The translations under genes and the position numbers were made by a program. The notes under the pieces are model-generated. The model was not told the DNA's origin. It ran no database searches and was given only the letters and a program-made list of their open reading frames with translations. From NCBI GenBank assembly GCA_032718475.1, contig JAUCBJ010005121.1:1-47988 (forward strand): 47,988 nucleotides of DNA, in the 5' to 3' direction. The number at the start of each line of letters is the position of its first letter. The stretch's first letter is position 1. Source of the stretch: Nemertoderma westbladi (Eukaryota; Animalia; Xenacoelomorpha). This document shows, piece after piece, positions 23,963 to 35,157 of this stretch.

Positions 23963-24748
23963 CTACTACTAGGATCGGCATGCTGCATTGCAGCTGCATT
24001 TTCAAGAATGCTGTGCCGGCTTGTCAACAAAATTGCACCGCCACAACTCCCTATCACCCATGACATTTGCTAGATCATCCGCATCTTTAAGGCCAGTGTC
24101 CTTTAAGATGCGTCTCAAGAAAGTCATGGGCTGTCCACCATGCTTATTCACTCCATGAGGCTGCCAAAGTACAAGATTATGCACTGGCTGGTCCTCACGG
24201 CGAAAGCAATGTCCTGCAAAGCGGAGGCGATTTTGTTCTAGTGTCAAGCTTGGGGGAACCAATGAGACACCTCCAATGTTATATAGTGTCTGGTTGGAGA
24301 TGTGTGCATTGTACTTGACACAATGTACCCGGCGTAGCATTCTTGTGAATGTGCCATCCAGAGATTTGGTGTCCTCAGCAGTTAGAGCCCAGCATGGACT
24401 CCCGTAGAGGAGTACTGGAACTACTGCTGCTCTGAATAATCGGACCTTAAGTTTCCGATTAATTCTAGGTGACTTCCAAATCCTGGAAAGCCTATTCAAG
24501 GCTGCCCATGCCTTTCCCTTACGTATTCGAAGGTCCTCACCTGACTTCCGGATCCATGATCCCAGGTAACAGAAGTCGTCCACATGCTCAAGCATACCAT
24601 CCTTTGAGCTTATGCTCATCCGATCAGAGACTTGCTGAGGACTTTCAAAGTTAACTGTCAGAATTTTTGTCTTTCTGGAGTTAATAAAAAGACCAACACT
24701 AGAAGCAGCATGTTCTAATGAGCTGAGGAGCCGCTGGGCTCCCTCTGT
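23963..24748 (-). mobile_element. Second 5'-truncated RTE-B copy inserted in RTE-A
   Basis: 8-bp TSD tgtttgca (23955-23962, 24749-24756). Nearly identical to the 3' part of 7549-8856. Confidence 0.95.
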
Positions 24749-24855
24749 TGTTTGCAACCGGATGTTAAAAGGGGAAAAGCCACCACCAATTTGGACTAAA
24801 GGTCAACTAAAGCCTCTCCCCAAGAAAGGAGACCTCGGCATACCAACAAACTATC

Positions 24856-25022
24856 AACACTATCAAACTACCAACAGAGTTTTAATGAAACTGACCCTAT
24901 CTCCTTATTGTACTAATTGGTTTTATTGTGACACTATCTATATATAGTGATTTTTAACCTTTTATTAAATAAACGTCAGCCCGACTGACTCCGCGCGCAT
25001 AATGAATGCGCGATAACTAACT
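24856..25022 (+). mobile_element. 167-bp 3'-end fragment of a LINE/SINE
   Basis: TSD aaactatc (24848-24855, 25023-25030), AATAAA, hairpin cgcgcat-aatga-atgcgcg and a (TAAC)n tail. Absent from the 31800 region of the sister copy. Confidence 0.85.
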
Positions 25023-28000
25023 AAACTATCGTGGGATCTGTCTGCTTGTGGTAGCTGCCAAAATATACAATAAAATGATTCTATATAGGATTAGGCCTCA
25101 CATAGAGAAACTACAGCGTAAGAGCCAAAACGGATTTCGACCAAGTAGATCAACAATAGCTCAGATACTTGCACTACGGAGACTGATTGAAGGAATTAAG
25201 TCAAAGAATCTCCCCGCAGTCATGACTTTTGTGGACTTCAAGAAGGCATTCGACTCCATCCATAGAGGTAAAATGCTTGAAATCCTAAGAGCTTATGGAA
25301 TACCAGAAGTAATTGTTGCTGGCATTGGATTGCTATATTGTGACACAGAAGCGCAGGTACTCTCACCAGATGGTGAAACTGAGTTTTTCTCAATCCTGGC
25401 TGGCGTACTGCAAGGTGACACATTAGCACCATTACTATTTGTAATTGTGCTGGATTACGCAATGAGGACGGCCACAAAGGGTGGAGATCTGGGATTCACA
25501 CTTCAAGAACGCAGAAGTAGTAGATATCTGGCAACTACAGTCACAGACACCGACTTTGCGGATGACATCGCCCTGCTCTCTAATACGCTAGCAGATGCAC
25601 AGCTTCTACTAAATAAAGTGGAGAGGGCTGCTAAGGAGGTTGGATTGCATATAAATGCTACCAAGACCGAATTCATGACCTTTAATGTTGATGGAAACTT
25701 GACAACCATTGATAATAATCAACTAAGGCAGGTCGATGACTTCCAGTACCTTGGATCATGGATAGAGAGTAGCAAAAAGGACATAGAAGTTAGGAAAGCA
25801 AAGGCTTGGGTAGCTCTATCAAAAATGGATACCATCTGGAAATCAGATCTCTCCAGGCACCTGAAGACCAAGTTCTTTCGAGCCACAGTGAAAAGTGTAT
25901 TTTTATACGGGGGTGAGACCTGGACACTGACTAAATCACTTGAACAACGAATTGATGGTTGCTACACAAGCTGGAGACACAAGCACATCAGCTGGAGACA
26001 ACACATGACAAACGCCGAGCTTTATGGTACAATACCACCTGTATCAACCACCCTCCGTGAACGCAGATTAAGATTCAGTGGGCACTGCTGGCGAAGTAAA
26101 GACGAGGTCATACCAGATCTACTTCTCTGGCAACCAACTCATGGAAAGCGTAGTCGTGGACGACCTGCCATAACATATATAGATCAACTTGAAAGGGATA
26201 CTGAACTTGGGAGAAACGAAATTGCGACAACTATGGAGAATCGGGAAGCCTGGAAGGATCTCATTTCCACTGTCCGAGTTCGCTCGACCTAGTAGTAGTA
26301 GTAGTAATGGTTTGCCAATGTCAAGTTTATATTGAGAAGGGCATTATTGGGTGTCAAGAGTGATGCCCCAACTGGTTGAGTAGTTGCATATGTGAATGTA
26401 TGCTGGACAGGTGTACGGTGCGTAAGCCTAACCGGACTTACACTCCCCATAGTTAGATTATTAGAGGGTACTCTCACCAATGGGTTAGTCGAAGGACAGA
26501 ATCGATAAGAAACACTTGGTGTAGGCCTAGCTGGACTTATATCTATAATTGAATTCCTCGGTGCAACTGAAACTGATGGACTAGAAGATTGACTGAGTGG
26601 CCACTGGACAGTTAATTGTTGTTGTTCCATATAACTTTATCACCTTATCTTCACTGGACATTTCATGGATGTCACTCAAGCTGATGTTTGACCATGGCAG
26701 TGACACAAATGAAGACTCAACAGACACACTATCTTCTGTACTTCTGTATCTTCTGTACTTCTACTGTACTTCTTATCCAGAGCACAGAATAAGGTATCGA
26801 ACTGACCCTTTTTATTTTCGAAATTGCGAATAAATTCATCACTCTCTACCAAGGAACATAAACTGTCAATATCTGTAGAGCACATATCTTCCACACTAAG
26901 TTTAATTTTTTCATAGTCCTCTAGTACATAGTAACCAGGTTGCCCTGAGAGGGGTTTGTTTTGAATTACTACCAGAAGGCGCTGTGGCCATGGTTTATTT
27001 ACTTTTAAATTATTTAACATAGATGTAATTCCTGAAAATTATTATATTTAAAGTACCGGTATTTTAAATTCGAAGTAGAGACTATTCCCAGTGAAGTAGT
27101 AGCACAAATATGATATTCAAATTTATTTCGATTATAGGTAATATATATATAGTTATAGGTATAGGTATATATTATTCGCAGATTACTTATATATATTTAT
27201 TTATTTATTATATATTATAATATAGGCCTATGTAGCTTTCTAATGTAACCAATGTTTGGAGGGAGGGTGTAATGCCGTGTTACTATGTAAAGTTGTACAT
27301 GCCTGAATATTTAGTAGGAATGGAACTAGAATAACCAGAACTGACATTTAATATATAGCAGTGTGGTAGATGTGGATGATTTGCGGGTAGAATGGGGACA
27401 TGTTTGGCTTACAATTGCCCACCCTAAAGGTTTCTTATGTAAGAATTGGTGGTATACTACCATAGGTTTTTGTGGGAAGTAATTCACTACAATCACGACC
27501 AAGGAGAGTGAGTGTTTCAGCTAAATCATCTCTTACTGGAAACCTACTTGCATAGTTTTGGGTATGTGGGAGACTTTTTATTATTTCAGGAGTAGCAATA
27601 TCATTTCTTGCTTCAGGAATCCCCGCATTTGTATACAGTGGTGGAAGATAGAAGCTTCTAGATTCGGTAATCCCTTTAATCTCTAGACCTTCAACTATCA
27701 TACCTGATACCTGGAACTGTAACTGTGTTAAAGTTGAAATCGTGTAATCATATGTTGGAGCTTTGATACCAAAGAATTCGGTAACTTTGGATCTATATAA
27801 GACGAGTTAGAGTGTTTGTATATACTCTCAATTTCTTGTCTGAATGGTCTGGAGCTTTGAGAACCACCAAAAACATTTTGCTGCAACTCTGATTTTCTAT
27901 TCCACATTGCGCAATACAGTGAGTTTGTTTGTCATTTGTCTTATTAACATTAGGTGGTCTCGGCTGTTTGTTCTGAGCCTGAGATATAGGCTGATTGAGT

Positions 28001-28506
28001 TTACATAAATGTGCATGACTGACACATGGTCTGTCTTTTTACAGATGGAGCGGAATGTTTCTTCTCTGCATCTACTCTTGAAATGTTCACCGAGACACTT
28101 GTAACAAAGATGGTTTTGACGAATAAACTGTTGTTTCTATTCTATCTTTAGGGTGCCAAAGTCATGACATTCTTGGAGTGGATGACCTCTTCGATTGTGG
28201 AATATACACATCGGTTTTTCTGATTCCTTGTCAGTACTTTTCGGAGTCTTATCAATCTCAGTTTTTAAAGTTGTAGCTGGCTTCTCGAGCGTAGCCAGTC
28301 GACCTACCATGATACCCAGTCGATTCCATGTTGAATCTAGGTTGGCCACCAGAACCAGGTCTATAATTCCCTTGGGTCTTCTCTCTGGGAATGGTAGGAC
28401 TATAAGAGGCATTAACAGCTAATGCCTCTTAAAAGTTAAAGAGTAACAACAGTTACTGTTGTTACTCTTTGAAAGTGTGGGTTGCACTTGTTACGGGCAC
28501 ACCCTT

Positions 28507-29145
28507 TCAGGAATTGGCAAAAGAATCAGAATGGAGGTGTGATCCATATGTCGCCTCATAATCACCTCCTTTATTTATACACTTATCATCTAGCCAATGA
28601 GGTAACTTAGCACGAAGTGATTCAATTCCAGTAGAAAAATTTAGGTCGAATAGCTCAGGAATTTTCAGTATGTTTAATTCGAGTATCTTGCACAGATCAC
28701 TCAAGTCTCGGAGACGTTTAGGATCATCACCAGCTTGAATTGCTTTGAAATTTGAAATTTGTGATCTTAGGGATTTTGCTACTATTGCTCCAGTACCGAA
28801 TCGAAGCACGAGTTCCCCCCAAATTTCTAACAGTGTGGCTTGGGCGTCAGCTCCGCTTGAATTCATAAATGTTTCAATTAGATCTAAGGGCTCCCCTTTT
28901 GTATTTGCTTTCAATAGCTGAATGTTGTCCAAGGGAGACAACATAACATCTTTAATTTTGTTGTCTATTAGTTTAGCCCATGACCAAAATTTATATGGTT
29001 CCCCTCTAAAAGGATCAGGGGATTTTTCCAAAAGTTCCTTTCTAATTAAATATTGGGCAACCACATCAGGAGCTACTGTTAAAGGATTTTGCTGCAATAA
29101 GGATGGGTTCCCTCGGAAGGAATGAGCCTCAGGGTTCACGGGCAT
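28507..29145 (-). pseudogene. Pao-2 gag core (DUF1759-like), least-decayed copy
   Basis: 212-aa ORF. The same region is frameshifted by a 7-bp deletion in units 1 and 2. Confidence 0.8.
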
Positions 29146-29534
29146 CGTTTTACTTACTGGACAAGGTAATGAGAGGTTTCTGTATATATATATGGTTGGT
29201 CCTTATTATTTTGACCAAAAAATGAAAACTCTGCACCTGCTGAAATATTATTCCTGCTCCCCACTATACACACTGATGGGAGCCCAGTAAATGTAACACC
29301 AGTAAGTTGTTTCGGGGGAGGCCCTCCTGGGTTTGGGTTAGGCACTCTTGGGGCAGGATGGGTGATTCGAGGCGTACCAAAATATTGTGAATCTAATATG
29401 GGTACATTAGCATCACTAGTTCCAGGTTTAGGTGTGATGCCTAGATTACCATCTGGTATACTTTCTGTCCAAGAATTAAGGGTGCTGAAGGATGTTGAGT
29501 TTGTATTGCTATGTTTGGACTATGGTAATGGTTT

Positions 29535-32500
29535 AATGGTAGTAGGTCAGGTCAGGTCCCCAGATCCTGCTACCACTATGGCAGTAATGTGGTACTACCT
29601 GTAGCTGTCAGCCCAGTAGGGCAGGCCCGATAAGCATAGCCTATTCATTATTTAGTTGATCAAGAGTGGGTTGGTTCAGCCCCGTCAACTAAATAAGTCA
29701 TTGAGGGCTATAGCGCCTAGGGCACCATTGAAGGCAAAGGCTTGATACGCATCTGCATTAGAGATGATACAAGCCCCACCCTGTCTAAAATGGATGCTCC
29801 TCTACCAGTGTTAGGTAACCTAACCCAGGAGGCACACTTGGTTCAGAGTGTAACAAATGGACCCCTACAGTCGGCAGCAGGGCTGTAGGCCATGGATAGG
29901 CGGAAGGTAATCAACCAACGGCTAGACATGCTGACAAGGTCGGTGGAAGGTAATCAACCAACGGCGACCTACTGCGAAGACGCTTGTTAGACGCTTGTTG
30001 CGACCACAAGCGGTTTACCCCCGCAACTGAAAGATATGAGTATGAGAACCCTCCAGGAGAAATACCGGCTCGGTCGTCGCCCGGGTCAACAAGGACCGCG
30101 TCCCTCAGTGGTACACCAGGCTGGGGTCGATAAATTGGCTACTGGAACAGAAGACAGAGAAGAAAGAAGAACCAACCTGTTGAAATGTAAAAAGACACTA
30201 AAGATTGCTACAATGAACGCACGCACGCTGAAAGCACAGAGCAAACAGGGTGACATGGTTGCTCTGGCAATGGAATATAACATTGACATCATCTGCATCC
30301 AAGAACATCGGATTTGTCATGAAGACACTGCCATGAAGTACAATGACATTGGAAATGGATGGACGTTAGTAACAAGCTCAGCAGTAAGAAACTCGGCCAA
30401 TGCATCAATTGGTGGAGTAGGAATTCTGCTAAGCCCATTTGCACTTAAGACCCTAAACAACATCGAATCTATAAATTCCTGGGTTATGATCGCAACATTT
30501 GATGGGAATCCCAAGACAACAGTTATATGTTGCTACAGTCCAACCAATGCATCAGAGCCAGAACAAGCAGTCAAGTTTTATGAAGAACTGACTGGACTTA
30601 TTAAGGACATCCCGAAACACAATGTTAAAGTCATTGCTGGTGACCTGAATGCGCAAATTGGCCCAGAAGACATCAAGGATTATACCTATAACACCAGTTC
30701 TAACAGAAATGGGTACTTACTCTTAGACCTAATGGAAGAATGTGAATTGATACCAACAAACAACACATTCGAAAAGAGTAAGGGGAAGCTATGGACCTTT
30801 CAATACCCTAATGGAACCAAAGCACAACTGGATTACATCTTTATAAACAAAAAGTGGAGAAATAGCATGATCAACTGCGAGGCATACAGCTCGTTCAACC
30901 TAAATGGTTCGGACCACAGAATTGTGACTGCAGAGATCAGACTCAGTTTGAGAGCCAGCAAACCCAGGACAAGCAAGCAAATCAACTATGACTGTGAGAA
31001 ACTCAGAACTGACAATGCTGTAAAGGATGCTTATACAGTAGAAGTTCAAAACCGCTTTGAAGCACTTCAGTCAATGGATGAAGACCAATCCACCGATTCA
31101 ATATACCAGAATATAATAACAGCCCACAAGGAATCAGCAAAGAGGCATATCCCCCAGAAACCTAAACGAAAACAGTATGTGCCATGGCAAAACTCTGAGG
31201 TTACTTGTAAGAGAGAAGATCTTAAGATAGCCTACAAAGTTAAAACCGAACAACCAACAACCGAAAACATTAACAAGGTTGAGAAAGCTAAGGACGATCT
31301 TAAATTGGCCTACAACATCAGCCAGGAAAAGTACATACAGGATAAAACTGAAGCAATTACAACTGCTCACATACAGCAACAATCAAGACTTACCTGGCAA
31401 ACTGTAAATGAGGTATCTGGTCGGAAAAGTTGTGCAAAGGGGCGCCTCAAAGCCGATAGTCCTGAAGAACGTGTTGGGAAGTGGAAAAATCACTTCAGCA
31501 ACTTGCTTGGGCAGCCACCAAACATCGAGGTCAGCCCTACAAGGAAAATATATGACAAGACACTACCTATAGAAACAGGGGACTTCACACCTGCCGAACA
31601 CCAAAGAAGCATTAAAAGCATGTCCAATAATAAAGCGAGTGGATTAGATGAAATCCCAGCGGAGGTATGGAAAACCGGAGTGCTAAATAGACCATTATTG
31701 AATGTTTGCAACCGGATGTTAAAAGGGGAAAAGCCACCACCAATTTGGACTAAAGGTCAACTAAAGCCTCTCCCCAAGAAAGGAGACCTCGGCATACCAA
31801 CAAACTATCGTGGGATCTGTCTGCTTGTGGTAGCTGCCAAAATATACAATAAAATGATTCTATATAGGATTAGGCCTCACATAGAGAAACTACAGCGTAA
31901 GAGCCAAAACGGATTTCGACCAAGTAGATCAACAATAGCTCAGATACTTGCACTACGGAGACTGATTGAAGGAATTAAGTCAAAGAATCTCCCCGCAGTC
32001 ATGACTTTTGTGGACTTCAAGAAGGCATTCGACTCCATCCATAGAGGTAAAATGCTTGAAATCCTAAGAGCTTATGGATTACCAGAAGTAATTGTTGCTG
32101 GCATTGGATTGCTATATTGTGACACAGAAGCGCAGGTACTCTCACCAGATGGTGAAACTGAGTTTTTCTCAATCCTGGCTGGCGTACTGCAAGGTGACAC
32201 ATTAGCACCATTACTATTTGTAATTGTGCTGGATTACGCAATGAGGACGGCCACAAAGGGTGGAGATCTGGGATTCACACTTCAAGAACGCAGAAGTAGT
32301 AGATATCTGGCAACTACAGTCACAGACACCGACTTTGCGGATGACATCGCCCTGCTCTCTAATACGCTAGCAGATGCACAGCTTCTACTAAATAAAGTGG
32401 AGAGGGCTGCTAAGGAGGTTGGATTGCATATAAATGCTACCAAGACCGAATTCATGACCTTTAATGTTGATGGAAACTTGACAACCATTGATAATAATCA

Positions 32501-33082
32501 ACTAAGGCAGGTCGATGACTTCCAGTACCTTGGATCATGGATAGAGAGTAGCAAAAAGGACATAGAAGTTAGGAAAGCAAAGGCTTGGGTAGCTCTATCA
32601 AAAATGGATACCATCTGGAAATCAGATCTCTCCAGGCACCTGAAGACCAAGTTCTTTCGAGCCACAGTGAAAAGTGTATTTTTATACGGGGGTGAGACCT
32701 GGACACTGACTAAATCACTTGAACAACGAATTGATGGTTGCTACACAAGCTGGAGACACAAGCACATCAGCTGGAGACAACACATGACAAACGCCGAGCT
32801 TTATGGTACAATACCACCTGTATCAACCACCCTCCGTGAACGCAGATTAAGATTCAGTGGGCACTGCTGGCGAAGTAAAGACGAGGTCATACCAGATCTA
32901 CTTCTCTGGCAACCAACTCATGGAAAGCGTAGTCGTGGACGACCTGCCATAACATATATAGATCAACTTGAAAGGGATACTGAACTTGGGAGAAACGAAA
33001 TTGCGACAACTATGGAGAATCGGGAAGCCTGGAAGGATCTCATTTCCACTGTCCGAGTTCGCTCGACCTAGTAGTAGTAGTA
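29535..33082 (+). mobile_element. Uninterrupted full-length RTE-A LINE (3548 bp)
   Basis: TSD gtaatggttt (29525-29534, 33083-33092), ~500-nt 5' UTR, single ORF, (TAG)n tail. Confidence 0.95.
30036..33071 (+). CDS. RTE ORF: AP endonuclease plus reverse transcriptase (1011 aa)
   Basis: APE motifs ATMNARTL, CIQEH, AGDLNA, LDYI, SDH. RT motifs NYRGI, QNGFR, DFKKAFD, GVLQGD, FADD, YLG. Confidence 0.95.
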   Translation: MSMRTLQEKYRLGRRPGQQGPRPSVVHQAGVDKLATGTEDREERRTNLLKCKKTLKIATMNARTLKAQSKQGDMVALAMEYNIDIICIQEHRICHEDTAMKYNDIGNGWTLVTSSAVRNSANASIGGVGILLSPFALKTLNNIESINSWVMIATFDGNPKTTVICCYSPTNASEPEQAVKFYEELTGLIKDIPKHNVKVIAGDLNAQIGPEDIKDYTYNTSSNRNGYLLLDLMEECELIPTNNTFEKSKGKLWTFQYPNGTKAQLDYIFINKKWRNSMINCEAYSSFNLNGSDHRIVTAEIRLSLRASKPRTSKQINYDCEKLRTDNAVKDAYTVEVQNRFEALQSMDEDQSTDSIYQNIITAHKESAKRHIPQKPKRKQYVPWQNSEVTCKREDLKIAYKVKTEQPTTENINKVEKAKDDLKLAYNISQEKYIQDKTEAITTAHIQQQSRLTWQTVNEVSGRKSCAKGRLKADSPEERVGKWKNHFSNLLGQPPNIEVSPTRKIYDKTLPIETGDFTPAEHQRSIKSMSNNKASGLDEIPAEVWKTGVLNRPLLNVCNRMLKGEKPPPIWTKGQLKPLPKKGDLGIPTNYRGICLLVVAAKIYNKMILYRIRPHIEKLQRKSQNGFRPSRSTIAQILALRRLIEGIKSKNLPAVMTFVDFKKAFDSIHRGKMLEILRAYGLPEVIVAGIGLLYCDTEAQVLSPDGETEFFSILAGVLQGDTLAPLLFVIVLDYAMRTATKGGDLGFTLQERRSSRYLATTVTDTDFADDIALLSNTLADAQLLLNKVERAAKEVGLHINATKTEFMTFNVDGNLTTIDNNQLRQVDDFQYLGSWIESSKKDIEVRKAKAWVALSKMDTIWKSDLSRHLKTKFFRATVKSVFLYGGETWTLTKSLEQRIDGCYTSWRHKHISWRQHMTNAELYGTIPPVSTTLRERRLRFSGHCWRSKDEVIPDLLLWQPTHGKRSRGRPAITYIDQLERDTELGRNEIATTMENREAWKDLISTVRVRST

Positions 33083-34177
33083 GTAATGGTTTGCCAATGT
33101 CAAGTTTATATTGAGAAGGGCATTATTGGGTGTCAAGAGTGATGCCCCAACTGGTTGAGTAGTTGCATATGTGAATGTATGCTGGACAGGTGTACGGTGC
33201 GTAAGCCTAACCGGACTTACACTCCCCATAGTTAGATTATTAGAGGGTACTCTCACCAATGGGTTAGTCGAAGGACAGAATCGATAAGAAACACTTGGTG
33301 TAGGCCTAGCTGGACTTATATCTATAATTGAATTCCTCGGTGCAACTGAAACTGATGGACTAGAAGATTGACTGAGTGGCCACTGGACAGTTAATTGTTG
33401 TTGTTCCATATAACTTTATCACCTTATCTTCACTGGACATTTCATGGATGTCACTCAAGCTGATGTTTGACCATGGCAGTGACACAAATGAAGACTCAAC
33501 AGACACACTATCTTCTGTACTTCTGTATCTTCTGTACTTCTACTGTACTTCTTATCCAGAGCGCAGAATAAGGTATCGAACTGACCCTTTTTATTTTCGA
33601 AATTGCGAATAAATTCATCACTCTCTACCAAGGAACATAAACTGTCAATATCTGTAGAGCACATATCTTCCACACTAAGTTTAATTTTTTCATAGTCCTC
33701 TAGTACATAGTAACCAGGTTGCCCTGAGAGGGGTTTTACATTATTTTAATTCAATAAACCTACATTACATAATATCCTTATTTTATTAAACACGGCTTAT
33801 TTTAAGAATAAAACTACTAACTTCAACTTAAAATAATTAAATCTAAAATCATTTTATTTTATTAAATTTTAAGTATTTTAATGTGCTGTTTGTTTCTATT
33901 TTAAGATCACTATCCTACAGACTTATTTTAATTTATTTTATGTATTTTAAAAACAATATCTTACATACTTATTTTATATTGTATATCGCATACACCAACA
34001 TACTTACCAATAGTAATAAATTTGTTTTTATATCGGTGTATTGTATAGCATACTATATGTATATTAATATTTGATTATTTAGATACGGCCTCTATCAGTC
34101 ACTCAGTGAATGTTTAAAAAAATGATTGATCTTATTTTATTGTGTTGTGCATGTTGGTGCGTTTTTACTTATAGAAG

Positions 34178-34212
34178 TAAATAAAAACTTTCCATTTCCA
34201 TTTCCATTTCCA
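34178..34212 (+). repeat. AATAAA plus (TTCCAT)n tail, probable 3' end of an old LINE
   Basis: aataaaaactttccatttccatttccatttcc. Confidence 0.45.
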
Positions 34213-34452
34213 ACATTATTTCTTATATAAGGTTTTTAGATAAACTTTCACGATGTCACAACCTACTCATCCCAGTTCCACCAATTTTTAGTTTAGTGGG
34301 TTTAGAAAATTAATTTAATTTAAAACATATAGAAAAAGGGAGCAGGTTACAATGTTTTTTAGAGTGGGAGATAACTTCAAGAGTTCTCCACTATCTAAAC
34401 TCTACCTAAAGGCCAATATATTAATTTTCTAACGACCCTATTTTATACGAAC

Positions 34453-34625
34453 CTCGTACAACGGTTCTTCCCCGTCTGCCACACATTCGCATATCGGACA
34501 TCCCAACTCGTCCTCCTTCCATCCAAACAGACACTGATCTTCACACTCAGCCACTACAAAATCATTTACACAGGCATCCATACCCTTTCCTTTCAACGAT
34601 TCCATTTGTCTTTGCAGTTGATCCT
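34453..34625 (-). CDS. Host exon with an antistasin-like Cys module, ending ..EEPLYE
   Basis: Acceptor tttcag, donor gttcgt, 173 bp (phase 1 to 0). CEDQCLFGWKEDELGCPICEC fits C-x3-C-x2-G-x3-D-x2-GC-x2-C-x-C. Confidence 0.75.
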
Positions 34626-34763
34626 CTGAAAGGTATAAAATTATGTTCACAACCTTCAATATGTTAGTAATATAATGTTGGCCTATCATCTACATTGGAT
34701 ATTATTGGGTTCGTTTTGATCATGTTCCTTCATATGAAACCATCGCACAGGACTCTTCCCTAC

Positions 34764-34813
34764 CGCAGGCTCCCTGATTTAAGACACAATGGTAGTGAGA
34801 TCGTTTACAATCA
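34764..34813 (-). CDS. Candidate small Cys-rich host exon (DCKRSHYHCVLNQGAC)
   Basis: tttatag acceptor and gtaggg donor. Ends in phase 1, compatible with the next exon across a 138-bp intron. Confidence 0.4.
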
Positions 34814-34923
34814 CTATAAATGAATTGGAGTTGAGCTGTTAATGCAACTGTAATTAAATATGTAATATTATGGTTTTGTTCAGAAATGGAAAAAATGAGA
34901 AAGCGCGTCACCGGGGGTTGAAC

Positions 34924-34971
34924 CAGCGCTATACGTACGTTTCAGCCTATCAGGCCTCATCAGTAGCACTA
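34924..34971 (-). ncRNA. Minimal type I hammerhead ribozyme (mirror copy)
   Basis: Same fold on the minus strand; one C-to-U change in stem I leaves a U-G wobble. Confidence 0.85.
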
Positions 34972-35055
34972 ACCAGTTCAGCCACTTGCCCTAGGATATG
35001 CAACTTAAGACTGCCTGTTCAATAGAAGTGGATTAGGTGGGAGGGTGAATGTCAG

Positions 35056-35157
35056 GGGCAAGTGGCTGAACTGGTTAGCGCTACTGATGAGGCCTGATAG
35101 GCTGAAACGTACGTATAGCGCTGGTTCAACCCCCAGTGACGCGCTTTCTCATTTTTT
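35056..35157 (+). promoter_or_regulatory. tRNA-type Pol III unit: A box, B box, T6 terminator (mirror at 34890-34991, minus strand)
   Basis: TGGCTGAACTGG (35063-35074) fits TRGCNNARYNNG, GGTTCAACCCC (35123-35133) fits GGTTCRANYCC, and TTTTTT lies at 35152-35157. Confidence 0.7.
35076..35123 (+). ncRNA. Minimal type I hammerhead ribozyme
   Basis: Stem I tagcgcta/tagcgctg, core CTGATGA, stem II ggcct-gat-aggct, GAA, palindromic stem III acgtacgt. Predicted cleavage after GUA at 35115. Confidence 0.88.

Larger units (their letters stand above)
16805..26303 (+). mobile_element. Full-length RTE-clade LINE (family RTE-A) interrupted by three nested insertions
   Basis: TSD gtaatggttt (16795-16804, 26304-26313); empty site in unit 1 near 13576. 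ORF pieces 17301-, 22738- and 25048-26292 match the copy at 30036-33071. Confidence 0.95.
11406..33736. repeat. Tandem triplication of a 3232-bp Pao-2 gag/protease segment (units 11406-14637, 14638-27357, 27358-33736 truncated)
   Basis: gcagtgtggtagatgtggatg recurs at 11406, 14638 and 27358. Near-identical ORF sets repeat three times in the ORF track. Confidence 0.95.

Noticed and set aside
34913-34968. Two arm mismatches both keep G-U pairing, suggesting selection on structure
   Set aside because: Both are CpG transitions, which methylation-driven deamination explains; two sites are too few.
35056-35140. Functional tRNA gene
   Set aside because: There is no anticodon loop and the acceptor stem does not pair; only the promoter boxes and D/T-like hairpins remain.
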